Of a stretch of 64,000 nt of DNA, positions 28,772 to 39,372 are shown piece by piece (the first letter of the stretch is position 1; every line of letters starts with the position of its first letter). A program made the position numbers and the translations under genes. This DNA comes from Candidatus Cloacimonadales bacterium (GTDB lineage: Bacteria; Cloacimonadota; Cloacimonadia; Cloacimonadales; JAFGVF01): NCBI GenBank assembly GCA_963677495.2, contig CAXXOU010000001.1, positions 160,001 to 224,000 on the forward strand. The letters are read 5' to 3'. The notes beneath the pieces were generated by a model. The model had not been told where the DNA came from. It ran no database searches and was given only the letters and a program-made list of their open reading frames with translations.

Positions 28772-30247
28772 ATGATTGGAGTAGAAGTGTATCATTCAAT
28801 AAAAACTATGCATAAGCAAGGGCATAGTCAGCGTAAGATCGCAGAGGAGTTGTCTCTATCAAAGACAACAGTAGGTAAATACATAAATATGACACTTGAT
28901 GAGTTCATGGAACTAATAAACAATAGCATTCGTGAAAGCAGTTTTGCCATATGTGAGCAATATGTCCGCGAAAGGCTTAGCAAATATCCACGATTAAGAG
29001 CTAGTGTACTATATTTAGAAGTTAAGAAAAAGTTCCCTGAGATAAAAGCAAAAGACAGAGCTTTCCGAGATTTTGTTCGTAAGCTAAAGCAGACTTATCC
29101 TGTCGATAAATACCGTAATTATGCAGTAATCGAGACGGCTCCCGGTGTTCAGGTTCAAGTTGATCCAGGTGAGATGAAAGTAGTTTTGGGTAATAAACGT
29201 CAAAGAGTTTATTTTATAGTTTTTGTGCTTTCCCACTCGCGTCAAAGCTATGTCCATTGGAGCACAACACCATATAACACATCAAGGTTTATTGAAGCTC
29301 ATCGTGAAGCTTTTATCTATTTTGAAGGTATCCCTTCAGAGTGTGTTTACGACCAGACAAAGCTTGTAGTAATACAGGAACGCTATCGGGAAGTAATCTT
29401 AAATAATCAGTTCCATCAGTTTGCAGCAAAAACGGGCTTTCATCCTCATGTATGCGAAGGCTATGATCCACAAAGCAAGGGTAAAGTAGAGCGTAATGTC
29501 TCAGAAGTAAAGCATGGCTTTATGTATGGCAAAGAGTTCAAAGACCTGGCAGACCTGCGTTCACGCGGACTTGAGTGGCTTTTACACTTTAACGGCAGAA
29601 CCCATGGCACAACCCGTAAAGTACCATCAGAAGTATGGCAAGAAGAGAGGTTAAAGCTAAAAGATATTCCAGAGTTTATCTTCACTTTAGAAGTTCGTAA
29701 TGCAGATAAAACAGGCTTAATCTCGTATGAGGGTAATAAGTACTCTGTTCCATTAGAGTATCAGCGAAAACAGGTATATGTGCAAAAAGAAAAGAGCACT
29801 TTAGTGGTGATGGATATTTATACAAGAAAGGAAATCTGCCAACATGAGCTATGCACAGAAAAAGGCAAAATCATCAAAAACACTAATCATTATCGGGATT
29901 TTACGGTAGTGCTACAAGAGCTTATTGAGCGAGTAAAGGATGAGATGAGTGAATATATCCAAGGAGAAGAACTAATCCAGAGGCTTGTTAATGATAACCC
30001 TAAAATAGCAAGGGATCAGTTGAGAGCCTTAAGCAAGTTTAAGCGTAACTATGAAACAGATGTATGGGAGTCAGTGCTTCCTGAGGTAATGACTCTTTCG
30101 CATGTAAAGGCAACAGCCATAGAGAAGCTTCTGAATGCAAAAGTAAGACAAATGAAGCTAAATGAATTATCAGAATCAGAACCACAACAAGACTCAGAGA
30201 GTTCATTAATAGAGCGCTCATTAGATGACTACATGAAGGTGTTATAA
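28772..30247 (+). CDS. istA: IS21 transposase
   Basis: HTH GHSQRKIAEELSLSKTTV; DDE VQVD, VYDQTK, KGKVER; ATG 28772 has GGAG RBS (ORF-track GTG at 28715 lies in the IR). Confidence 0.93.
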   Translation: MIGVEVYHSIKTMHKQGHSQRKIAEELSLSKTTVGKYINMTLDEFMELINNSIRESSFAICEQYVRERLSKYPRLRASVLYLEVKKKFPEIKAKDRAFRDFVRKLKQTYPVDKYRNYAVIETAPGVQVQVDPGEMKVVLGNKRQRVYFIVFVLSHSRQSYVHWSTTPYNTSRFIEAHREAFIYFEGIPSECVYDQTKLVVIQERYREVILNNQFHQFAAKTGFHPHVCEGYDPQSKGKVERNVSEVKHGFMYGKEFKDLADLRSRGLEWLLHFNGRTHGTTRKVPSEVWQEERLKLKDIPEFIFTLEVRNADKTGLISYEGNKYSVPLEYQRKQVYVQKEKSTLVVMDIYTRKEICQHELCTEKGKIIKNTNHYRDFTVVLQELIERVKDEMSEYIQGEELIQRLVNDNPKIARDQLRALSKFKRNYETDVWESVLPEVMTLSHVKATAIEKLLNAKVRQMKLNELSESEPQQDSESSLIERSLDDYMKVL

Positions 30248-30248
30248 G

Positions 30249-30980
30249 ATGATAGAGATAACTAAAACATACATCAAAAGGGCTCGTTGTACTCATATTT
30301 TGAATACTCTTGAAAGTGCAGTTTTAGAAGCAGAGAAACAGAATATGACTTATCTGGAGTTCGTACATTATCTATTTGAAAAAGAGAACTCAGGAAGGAA
30401 TCAAACCAATATCAACAGAAGACTTAAACAGGCTCACATCCCGGTAATAAAGACCTTTGATGAGTTCGACTATGCTTATCAACAAGTAATAACCAAAAGA
30501 CAAGTAAAGGAGTGGAAGAACTTTGTCTGGCTGGAGCAGAGGAGGAATATAATTTTAATGGGACCTCCGGGAGTAGGTAAGACTCATGTTGCAACAGCAC
30601 TCAGTTATGAAGCAATAAAGGCAGGCTATAAGGTGGTGTTTTATAATCTGAACAACCTTATCGAAGAACTTGTACTAGCTGAAGCAGATAACAACATAGA
30701 TAAATATCTAAGCAATATAGCCAAGAATGATCTGATAGTTATAGATGAGATGGGGTATCTTCCTCTCCAGACAAAGGCAGCTAATCTGTTCTTTAGACTC
30801 ATCCATCTCTTATACGAATTTAGATCAGTAATCATAACATCGAATAGGTTGTTTAATGAATGGGGAGCTATTTTTAACGACAATGTGATAGCAACTGCTA
30901 TTCTTGATAGATTACTCCATCACTCACAACCAATTACAATGCTCGGAGACAGCTTTAGACTAAGGAATTTTCAAAAATGA
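30249..30980 (+). CDS. istB: IS21 AAA+ helper ATPase
   Basis: Walker A GPPGVGKT, Walker B LIVIDEMGY, ITSN, AILDRLLHH, GDSFR. Confidence 0.95.
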   Translation: MIEITKTYIKRARCTHILNTLESAVLEAEKQNMTYLEFVHYLFEKENSGRNQTNINRRLKQAHIPVIKTFDEFDYAYQQVITKRQVKEWKNFVWLEQRRNIILMGPPGVGKTHVATALSYEAIKAGYKVVFYNLNNLIEELVLAEADNNIDKYLSNIAKNDLIVIDEMGYLPLQTKAANLFFRLIHLLYEFRSVIITSNRLFNEWGAIFNDNVIATAILDRLLHHSQPITMLGDSFRLRNFQK

Positions 30981-31905
30981 AGACTGTACCATTTTTAAAT
31001 GCCAAACTGTACCAATTTAAAATGCCATTGACACCGAAACTAAGAAATCAATCATACATTTGAACGTAGAGCTAAGTTCACGATTTTACATGTCATTACT
31101 AGTTCAGAGCACGATTTGCTTCCCGATTATAGCTCTATCGAGCTATGTGCAAGTGGGGACACTCGCACTACGACAAGAACGATCAAGGGTGATCGGTTTA
31201 CATTGTACTGCGACTCTCCTGAGTTGCTGTGACGACGAAGTCGGCAACTTCCACTGACCGAAACTAAGAAATCAATCATACATTTGAACGTAGAGCTAAG
31301 TTCACGATTTTACATGTCATTACTAGTTCAGAGCACGATTTGCTTCCCGATTATAGCTCTATCGAGCTATGTGCAAGTGGGGACACTCGCACTACTACAA
31401 GAACGATCAAGGGTGATCGGTTTATATTGTACTGCGACTCTCCTGAGTTGCTGTGACGACGAAGTCGGCAACTTCCACTGACCGAAACTAAGAAATCAAT
31501 CATACATACATTTGAACGTAGAACAAAGTTCACGATTTTACATGTCATTACTAGTTCAGAGCACGATTTGCTTCCCGATTATAGCTCTATCGAGCTATGT
31601 GCAAGTGGGGACACTCGCACTACGACAAGAACGATCAAGGGTGATCGGTTTACATTGTACTGCAACTCTCCTGAGTTGCTGTGACGACGAAGTCGGCAAC
31701 TTCCACTGACCGAAACTAAGAAATCAATCATACATTTGAACGTAGAGCTAAGTTCACGATTTTACATGTCATTACTAGTTCAGAGCACGATTTGCTTCCC
31801 GATTATAGCTCTATCGAGCTATGTGCAAGTGGGGACACTCGCACTACGACAAGAACGATCAAGGGTGCTTAACTTACATTACGGATTGAGATGTCCGAGT
31901 TATAT

Positions 31906-31936
31906 AAAAAGGTCTGCCCTTTCGAGCAGACCTTTT
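31906..31936. terminator. Bidirectional intrinsic terminator
   Basis: AAAAAGGTCTGC-N8-GCAGACCTTTT just past stop of 31956..35258. Confidence 0.8.
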
Positions 31937-31955
31937 ATTAGTTATATTAGATTCT

Positions 31956-34900
31956 CTATTTCATAAGAATCATTTTCTTAGATTTGGTATAAGTACCGGC
32001 TTTGAGCTTATAGAAATAAACACCGCTTGATACTTTCTTACCATTACTATCTAATCCTTTCCAAACGAAGTTATGAGGTCCGGCTTCCAAAACATCATTA
32101 ACGAGAGTTTTAACAAGCTGTCCCCTCTGGTTATAGATTTTAAATTCCGTTGCTGAACGCTCTTTCAAACTAAAGCTGAGAGTAGTTTCAGGATTGAATG
32201 GATTTGGATAGTTGTTTTCAAGTGTAGTTGCATTAACTTGATTAACTTCTCCCTCAACTGAAGTAGGCACAAGCACACCTGTGAATACTTCATCGAAAAG
32301 GAGATAATCAACTAAGACATCACTAATATCCTGCTGACCAATGTTGTTGAATCTGATTGAAAAGACAGGTTCATCTGTCTGCAGTTCAGTTACACTAAAG
32401 CCACCAAGATAGAGTTCTCCGTCAACATTGCTGTTTACCATTACAGGTATATCAGAGAGATTAGAAACTACCTCCACAAACTCAAGTTCTTGAGGATTGT
32501 AGTTGAGTTTCATTCCGGTTGAGAAGAAAGCATTATCGCAGAATGCATCAAGTCTCACACCATTTCTATCCGCTGTTAATGGCACAATCTGTGGAACAGG
32601 AAGTGCTCTAGTTGCAACACTTGGATAGTTACCTGATGGATCACCTATCGCAATAGCGATGAAGTCACGTGAATGAGGACTATCTAATGTGATAGTTACA
32701 TCTTCCGGAGTGAACATCCAGTCACCTGCAGGAAACTCATCGATAAGGTTGATAGCATATTGCACCATAAGTGCAGAGTCATACGCATCAGTCGTATCAT
32801 CACCACTAACATCACCTGCAATAATCTGTGAGCTGTTGAAAGCCCATGTATTGAGAGCATATTGTGCTGTAATAGATGCATCATAAGGAGTTACTGTCAG
32901 GAACGGTAACGCTTCCTCATGTGTAAGAGTGAATGTATAGTCACCAGCATACATCGGATCAAAGGTAAATGTTCCATCTGTAAGCGTTGTTGCTGCATCT
33001 GACTCAATACCTTCAACAGAGATGTTAACACCTTCTACCGGAGCTGCTTGGTTGTAATAACTCACTGAACCTGATAATGCGTACTTGTTACGAACGGTGA
33101 AAACACCACTTTGCTGTGTAACAGGTATAGTTGCATCGTTGAATACGAAGGAACTGAATCCCATATTACCTGTAGTGAAATCATTCTCACCTGTGTTAAC
33201 ATCAAAGATGATATACACAAGAGCTCCATCGTCAGTGAGTTGGGACACGTTGTATCCATTCACATCAATCTGACCGGGAATGGAGTTGTTATAGTTAGCA
33301 CTCCAAGACTCTGTTAACGTACCTGCTTGCTCAATACCGGTAGCTGTAAGAAGGGTTGGGTCATAAACGAGACTGAACTGCCAAGCTATGAAACCAAAAC
33401 GACTATGAGCGTTTGTGATATTCACAGGCACCATAACCTGAGCACCTGACTCACCATAGGCATCAGCTACTTTAGCTGTAACAGGTCCTACCATCACTTG
33501 TTCACTTGAATAGGCAGTGAACGCAGGATTAGTTCCATCATCTATCACTGCAGAGATATAATAAAGTCCGAAAGGAACTGTTGATACATCCCATGTGTAA
33601 GAATCAGTCGCTGAGTCCTCATGAAGATTAGTTATAATTGTAGTACCTGCATCAGTATTTGTTGGAGTATAACCAAGAGTGATGATAGCATCATCATCAA
33701 GGTCATAGTCTGACCAGTTAATCTCAACAGTGTCCGGGTTCAAAGTAAGAACATCCGGTGTTAAGATAGCAATCTGAGGTTCGAGGTTAATAAGTGTAGC
33801 ACCTGCAGTTGGCTCTACCATCATAGGGCTACTGTAATCTGAGAGACCATTAGTCATAGTATAGAGTTCGTTCTCTATGCTTTCAGTTGTTCCCCACCAG
33901 TTCATAGTTAAATCAACTGACAATGATGTATTGAGATTTACGACCTGATAGTTTAAACCACCAATATCATACTCAATCTCACTTATACGACCATTGTATG
34001 AATATATCGAGTATCCGTTACAAAGAACTCTAATTGAGTTTGTAGTTAAAGCTGTATTAATATCAAACCACTGGTTGAAGTTTGTATCTGAGCTTGTGTT
34101 TGTTCTAGTATAACTCCAGAAGTTATTACTGTTTGTGTCATAAGCTCTGAAATAATAATCATCAGAAGAGCCGTTATGATCAGCATAACCGGAAGCATGA
34201 ATTCGAGTTATCAGGTTCAAAGGCAACATTGTAGTATAGAATGCACTATAACTACCTGCTGAATACAGATGACTTGATGGAATATCCTCATTGAAAACGT
34301 ACGCTGCCGGATTCTCTCCATTACCTGATATAGAACAGGTGTTGAAGGTCATGTTAGCATCATTCATGAAGAGTATACCACCATTACCGTTACCGGAGAT
34401 AATACAACTGCTAGCTGTTCCATCGTAATCACCATTCAGAACAACACCGAATACAGCATTATCACTAATTGTGCATTCAGATATTGTTCCTGTATGCCCG
34501 ATAACACCCTGTTCATCAAGTGAGATACCCATCTCATTGTTATATGAAACTGAGCTATTCAAGAGTGTGAAGTCACTATTTGCTACTTTTAAACCACATT
34601 CCTGATTACTAACAAGACGGGAATTTTGAATTGTAATGTTCACAGTTCCTTGAACTGCAATACCATCAGATCCGTTATCACTAACGAACACGCCATCAGC
34701 CAATATAATAGCATCAGTGTTTGCATAGATTCCGTCGTCACCACAGTTAGTGATAACAACATCAGTAAGAGTTAACTGACCTGAAACTGAATCATTTGCA
34801 ACGATACCGATGTTTGCACAATCTTCAATTACAACATCTGTTAATGAAAGGAACTTACCTTCCTCAGTAACAGCATCGTAAGCATATTGAATTACAGCAT

Positions 34901-35258
34901 GATCAATTGTACTATAAACACTGGTAGGATTATCGTGTGTGATACCTTGCCAGTCACCCGGTTGTGGGTTAGTTTCCCAAGATGTGAAGACAACAGGATT
35001 GGCTTCTGTACCATTAACATCTATTCGACCATTGATAATGAAGTCAATATCACCAACACCATCGTTGGCAATGTCAATCTTAAGGAATGAAACAGTTACA
35101 CCCTCTTCGATTGTGAGAGTAATATCTGTATCAATCCATACATCACCGGTAATCAGGACATCTGAGTCCCAAACAGTGTTCTGTGTTATATGACCAGAGA
35201 AGGCGTTAAGTGATAATCCGATAACTGCTAATACAAGTATAAATAGTGTCTTTTTCAT
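31956..35258 (-). CDS. Secreted right-handed beta-helix protein with cohesin, dockerin-like and FlgD-like CTD domains (paralog 2)
   Basis: Beta-helix repeats; cohesin-like VMVPVNITN...WQFSLVYDPTLL; dockerin-like TPYDAS..QY...AGDVSGDDTTDAYDSALMVQY; NYPNPFNPET tail. Confidence 0.75.
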   Translation of the reverse strand: MKKTLFILVLAVIGLSLNAFSGHITQNTVWDSDVLITGDVWIDTDITLTIEEGVTVSFLKIDIANDGVGDIDFIINGRIDVNGTEANPVVFTSWETNPQPGDWQGITHDNPTSVYSTIDHAVIQYAYDAVTEEGKFLSLTDVVIEDCANIGIVANDSVSGQLTLTDVVITNCGDDGIYANTDAIILADGVFVSDNGSDGIAVQGTVNITIQNSRLVSNQECGLKVANSDFTLLNSSVSYNNEMGISLDEQGVIGHTGTISECTISDNAVFGVVLNGDYDGTASSCIISGNGNGGILFMNDANMTFNTCSISGNGENPAAYVFNEDIPSSHLYSAGSYSAFYTTMLPLNLITRIHASGYADHNGSSDDYYFRAYDTNSNNFWSYTRTNTSSDTNFNQWFDINTALTTNSIRVLCNGYSIYSYNGRISEIEYDIGGLNYQVVNLNTSLSVDLTMNWWGTTESIENELYTMTNGLSDYSSPMMVEPTAGATLINLEPQIAILTPDVLTLNPDTVEINWSDYDLDDDAIITLGYTPTNTDAGTTIITNLHEDSATDSYTWDVSTVPFGLYYISAVIDDGTNPAFTAYSSEQVMVGPVTAKVADAYGESGAQVMVPVNITNAHSRFGFIAWQFSLVYDPTLLTATGIEQAGTLTESWSANYNNSIPGQIDVNGYNVSQLTDDGALVYIIFDVNTGENDFTTGNMGFSSFVFNDATIPVTQQSGVFTVRNKYALSGSVSYYNQAAPVEGVNISVEGIESDAATTLTDGTFTFDPMYAGDYTFTLTHEEALPFLTVTPYDASITAQYALNTWAFNSSQIIAGDVSGDDTTDAYDSALMVQYAINLIDEFPAGDWMFTPEDVTITLDSPHSRDFIAIAIGDPSGNYPSVATRALPVPQIVPLTADRNGVRLDAFCDNAFFSTGMKLNYNPQELEFVEVVSNLSDIPVMVNSNVDGELYLGGFSVTELQTDEPVFSIRFNNIGQQDISDVLVDYLLFDEVFTGVLVPTSVEGEVNQVNATTLENNYPNPFNPETTLSFSLKERSATEFKIYNQRGQLVKTLVNDVLEAGPHNFVWKGLDSNGKKVSSGVYFYKLKAGTYTKSKKMILMK

Positions 35259-38200
35259 TATCTAACCTCCTCTCTTTTATTTTCTGAGAGATATCTGATA
35301 AATGCCTCTCTTGTATTTGTAACGCGACTTTGACGTGCTCCCTCAACTGCTGTTACTTTGTAGAACAGATGAGTTGAGATTGAGTTTAGAATACCTGAAT
35401 GTGTAAAGCTGGTATCAGCACTACTGCTATCACCATCATACTCAGTAATACTATAGCTATCGTCTATTTCGAAGTCAGGATCACTTGTTGAGTAAACTTC
35501 ATATCCGGTAATAGTCATTGGGTCACCGTTAGTATTCGTAGCAACAGGATCCCAAGTGAGGACTACATCATTACCAGTAGTTGTAATCACGATATTCTGT
35601 GGAACTGCCGGAGCAAAGCTACCTTCTGTTGTATTTGATGCTTCCATTGCAGAAAGCAGAGAAGCATTACCCGCAGAGTCAAGCGCACGGATTTTGAAGT
35701 AATATGTTGTACCGGGATTCAAACCGGTGACTCTGGAAGAGGTGAAACCTGCACCAATGTTTGCAAGGGTAGGGTCATCTGAAAGTCCCCAAACCATATC
35801 ATCAGTGGTAACACCTGCATGAGTTGCATAGTAAACTTCATAATTAGTGAAGTGAAGGTCACTTGAACTTGTCCAGTAGACATCAATAGCATCTGAACCT
35901 GCTGAGTATGCTACTACAGTAGAAATCTGAGTAGGAAGTACTGAGTCAATTGCAACGTAGTAGTCATCAGCAATGCCTTCCTGACAGCTACTTCCTGAGT
36001 AAACTGGTCCATAACCATCAACATCCCAAGCACGGAGCTCGAATGGTAGCATTTCACCATCTACATCATAGGTAACATCAACACGTACTACTGCTTGAAG
36101 GTTTCTATCTCTGCCAACACGACCTTGATAGTTAACCCAAACCTCTTCTGCATCATAAGCACCGTTTCCATTCGCATCTATACGATACTGGATTGAACTT
36201 TCGTCGATACCGAAGTAGTCTTCGAAAGTGCAACCAACTGTTACAGTTCTGCTGTTACCAAGAGTTGGAGTCTCTGGATATGGAGCAGAGCAAGTAGGTA
36301 AGTCACTACGTGGAACAGAAGCAACTTCGTCTGAGAGTAGTGAGTTGTTTCCGGCTGTATCATTAGACATGATAGCAAAGTAGTACATTGTGCCTGCTTG
36401 CAGACCTGTTACGGTAGTTGTATCTGTAGTGATATTAGCTAGGTTAGAATCGTTAATCTGATTCCATTCCATATCTGATGTAGTTACACCTTCTGTCTGG
36501 CTGTAGTATACTAAATATTCATTGAAATGAAGCTCAGTTACAGGAGTCCAGCTAAGTGTAAGTGTTGTACCGTCATAAGCTGTAACTAGCAGGTCAGAAA
36601 CCTGAGTTGGAGCGATAGTATCGATTGCAACATGGTAGTCGTCAGCGATACCTTCTTGATTTGAAGTACCACTATAGACCATAGGAGAACCAATCTCATC
36701 TTGAGCTCTGAACTCAAAGTAAAGCATCTCACCATCTGCATTATATGTTACATTCTCACGAATAACAAGCTCGATTCCATCACTGTAACCGGTTACATCT
36801 ATCCAACTTTCCTCTCCGTCATAAGTACCGTTACCATTAGCATCAATACGATACTGAACTGATTCAGCATCTACAAGGAAGTCATCAGTGATAGTAACAC
36901 CGATTTCAACAGTACGAGAAGCTTGAAGCTCAGTTGCTGGTTGAGTTGGATAAGGAGTTGTAATTATCACAGGGTCAGCAACAATGCATTCAACTGTATT
37001 TGAAATATCACTAACATTGCCCCAAACATCAACACCACGAATAGCAATGTAATACTTAGTATTGAAGTTAACTGGAGTAATTGTAGTAAGAACTGTGTTT
37101 ATATCTCCAAGGTTAGCGTCATCGCTAACACCCCAAACAGGGTCGTTAAAGATGTTAATCACACTTGAAGTTGAATAGAACAGCTCATAATAATCGAAGA
37201 ACTGATCAGTAGTTGGAGACCAACTCAGTGTGATTGTATCATTTGTAAAGCTGTCAACATCCAAATCAGTAATAACAGTAGGAGGAGTTGAATCAGCAAC
37301 TCTACCACTAATCACTACATCATCGATAGTCCAACTTGCACCCAAATTAATGAATGAGTTGAAGTACCATCTGAACTGAACATAAGATGCAGCATCGAAA
37401 TTATATGTTACATTTCCGGAAGTGCTTGCATTAAATGTTGCAAGGTTCTGGAATGTTGTTCCATTATTGGTTACCTGAAGATAAGCACTCGCATTATCCC
37501 CATGAGCATAGTTATGATTAAATGAGATTGTCAACTCTGAATAACCTGAAAGGTCGTATACAGGAGATAACAGCTTCTCATCTGAACTTTGAAGTACACC
37601 ATTAGCAACATACATGTTCCAGTCAACACCTGCTTCATTAACAGGTGTCCATGGTGAAACTGTATTACCTGCATGCTGAGTACTCCAACCTGTTGGTAAT
37701 GCACCACCATGGTTAAAGTCCTCGGTCATACTGAAATCACTTACAGTTACCTGAACCACTTCAACTACCTCTTCATTGTAGTCATCTGTAGCCACAACCG
37801 TGATATTCTCTGTTCCATACCAATCTGCTGCAGGAGTTAAAGTAAGAGTGTTATCAACGTTCAATTGATAAGAGATGTTCACATTATCTCTAACCGAATA
37901 GGTTAATGACGAATCAATATCATTGAATATACTATCAAGTGAGACAGTATTATAAGAGCCATTAACAGAGATGACTATTGCACCAATTGTAGCGATAGCG
38001 TAAGGTAAATCGTTAACACTATCCACTGTAACTTGAACTGAAGTATCAACAGAAACACGTGAATGCATATCATCTGCTGTGAAAGTGATTGTTTCATCTC
38101 CAAACCAGTTTTCAAGCGGAGTAAGTGTCACATAGCCATCTACTTCAGAAACACTGATATTAGCATTACCTGACCAAGAATAGCTTAACATGTCACCATC

Positions 38201-39343
38201 AACATCACCGAATACCTGGTTCAAATCAATACTTGCATCTACTCCATCTTCCTGAATTGTTATTGGACTGATTGTATTAACAACATAAGGAGCATCATTC
38301 ACATTAAGAACTGTGATCAATACAACTTCATCTGTTGATCTCATGTTAGTATCAGCAGCAATAAATATTATCTCCTCGGTTCCATGCCAGTCAGGGGCAG
38401 GAGTAAGAGTTACAAGTCCATTCACGATGCTAACACCAATATTTGAAGCACCGAAGTAATCGAATGTCAGATAATCACCGAACTCAATATCGTAATCAGT
38501 GAATACGTTGTTCAAATCAATGCTTGTATCGACTGTATCTTCATCAAAGCTGAAATCAGCAATCGGATTCTCTACCACAGGTGGCTGAGTAACATTATTG
38601 ATTACTAAATCAAAGCTTTCACTATCTGTTAGAAGATCTTCATTCTCAACAGAAACTGTCAGGTTGTATGTACCACCATCAAGATAATCGGTTTGCCAAG
38701 TGATAGTACCTGTGCCATCACCGTTATCTACAAAAGAAGCACCTGTCGGTAGAGCAGTATCCATAGTCAAACTCAATGCAAGGTTCAATGGATCATGTGC
38801 TATGAGATCAAATGATACTAAATCATTCTCATCGTAAGTAACAGTTCCCGGATTATCTAACCAAGGGTCAGGGTCTCCGTGGAAGACTATTCCATCATCG
38901 ACTACTGCGCTTGGTGAACCTTCATTAAAGTAGAAATAATCAAATTCAAGATCAGTTCCGGTTCCGAAAGCTCCTGTAATTGCGAATGCCAGGTTAGCAA
39001 AGTTACCGTTTGCACCAATCTCGTCTGTACCCCAGATAGCGAGGATTACCTCACCTGGGGTATTACTATTACTGTTCAACTGTGCTACTCCCGGCAAATC
39101 ACTACCGGTAGTTACATCTGTAAGAGTAACCACAGTTGTATCATAAGTAATCTTTGTGTATAATGAGTAGATTACCTCTGAGTCAACTCCTGTAATATTG
39201 AGTGGAACTGTAATATCTCCACCGGAAGGATAACAGTTGTCACTAAGACTAACTGATATCTCCGCTAAAAGTGTTCCACTAATAGTAGTTAGGAGTAAAA
39301 CCAGTAGAGCTAATCTCCGTGGAATCCTAAATACTTTATTCAT
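35258..39343 (-). CDS. Large secreted scaffold-like protein: N-terminal cohesin, cadherin/tandem-95-like repeats, FN3 repeats; no CTD
   Basis: ITVPLNITG...KITYDTTVV cohesin-like; IDLNNVFTD...TLTPAPDWHG repeats; FN3 ITLSWSP...YYIAIRGVDVWGN x3. Confidence 0.7.
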   Translation of the reverse strand: MNKVFRIPRRLALLVLLLTTISGTLLAEISVSLSDNCYPSGGDITVPLNITGVDSEVIYSLYTKITYDTTVVTLTDVTTGSDLPGVAQLNSNSNTPGEVILAIWGTDEIGANGNFANLAFAITGAFGTGTDLEFDYFYFNEGSPSAVVDDGIVFHGDPDPWLDNPGTVTYDENDLVSFDLIAHDPLNLALSLTMDTALPTGASFVDNGDGTGTITWQTDYLDGGTYNLTVSVENEDLLTDSESFDLVINNVTQPPVVENPIADFSFDEDTVDTSIDLNNVFTDYDIEFGDYLTFDYFGASNIGVSIVNGLVTLTPAPDWHGTEEIIFIAADTNMRSTDEVVLITVLNVNDAPYVVNTISPITIQEDGVDASIDLNQVFGDVDGDMLSYSWSGNANISVSEVDGYVTLTPLENWFGDETITFTADDMHSRVSVDTSVQVTVDSVNDLPYAIATIGAIVISVNGSYNTVSLDSIFNDIDSSLTYSVRDNVNISYQLNVDNTLTLTPAADWYGTENITVVATDDYNEEVVEVVQVTVSDFSMTEDFNHGGALPTGWSTQHAGNTVSPWTPVNEAGVDWNMYVANGVLQSSDEKLLSPVYDLSGYSELTISFNHNYAHGDNASAYLQVTNNGTTFQNLATFNASTSGNVTYNFDAASYVQFRWYFNSFINLGASWTIDDVVISGRVADSTPPTVITDLDVDSFTNDTITLSWSPTTDQFFDYYELFYSTSSVINIFNDPVWGVSDDANLGDINTVLTTITPVNFNTKYYIAIRGVDVWGNVSDISNTVECIVADPVIITTPYPTQPATELQASRTVEIGVTITDDFLVDAESVQYRIDANGNGTYDGEESWIDVTGYSDGIELVIRENVTYNADGEMLYFEFRAQDEIGSPMVYSGTSNQEGIADDYHVAIDTIAPTQVSDLLVTAYDGTTLTLSWTPVTELHFNEYLVYYSQTEGVTTSDMEWNQINDSNLANITTDTTTVTGLQAGTMYYFAIMSNDTAGNNSLLSDEVASVPRSDLPTCSAPYPETPTLGNSRTVTVGCTFEDYFGIDESSIQYRIDANGNGAYDAEEVWVNYQGRVGRDRNLQAVVRVDVTYDVDGEMLPFELRAWDVDGYGPVYSGSSCQEGIADDYYVAIDSVLPTQISTVVAYSAGSDAIDVYWTSSSDLHFTNYEVYYATHAGVTTDDMVWGLSDDPTLANIGAGFTSSRVTGLNPGTTYYFKIRALDSAGNASLLSAMEASNTTEGSFAPAVPQNIVITTTGNDVVLTWDPVATNTNGDPMTITGYEVYSTSDPDFEIDDSYSITEYDGDSSSADTSFTHSGILNSISTHLFYKVTAVEGARQSRVTNTREAFIRYLSENKREEVR

Positions 39344-39372
39344 ATATCCTCCGGTTTATCCCTAATCGAGGA

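Larger units (their letters stand above)
28674..31033 (+). mobile_element. IS21-family insertion sequence (2360 bp)
   Basis: Ends TGTCAATGGCA...TGCCATTGACA, each with two tandem GGCA..AAA(A/T)TGGTACA-like subterminal repeats; 7-bp TSD CCGAAAC (28667-28673 / 31034-31040); istA-istB. Confidence 0.95.
28589..31867. repeat. Tandem array of 4 x ~224-bp REP-mosaic (BIME-like) units, first unit split by IS21
   Basis: Units start at CGATCAAGGGTG: 28589 (28589-28673 + 31041-31179 = 224 bp), 31180 (224), 31404 (228, extra CATA), 31632 (224), plus terminal 12-mer 31856-31867; only a few substitutions between units. Confidence 0.92.

Noticed and set aside
28589..31867. CRISPR array, integron attC array or hammerhead ribozyme repeat
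   Set aside because: No variable spacers or cas genes, no RYYYAAC...GTTRRRY boxes or cassette ORFs, no CUGANGA core on either strand
31060..31966. Four near-identical 65-76 aa ORFs (and antisense 28431..28700, 31351..31548)
   Set aside because: By-products of the 224-bp repeat: TTG starts, no RBS, sequence dominated by hairpins, and unit length is not a multiple of 3
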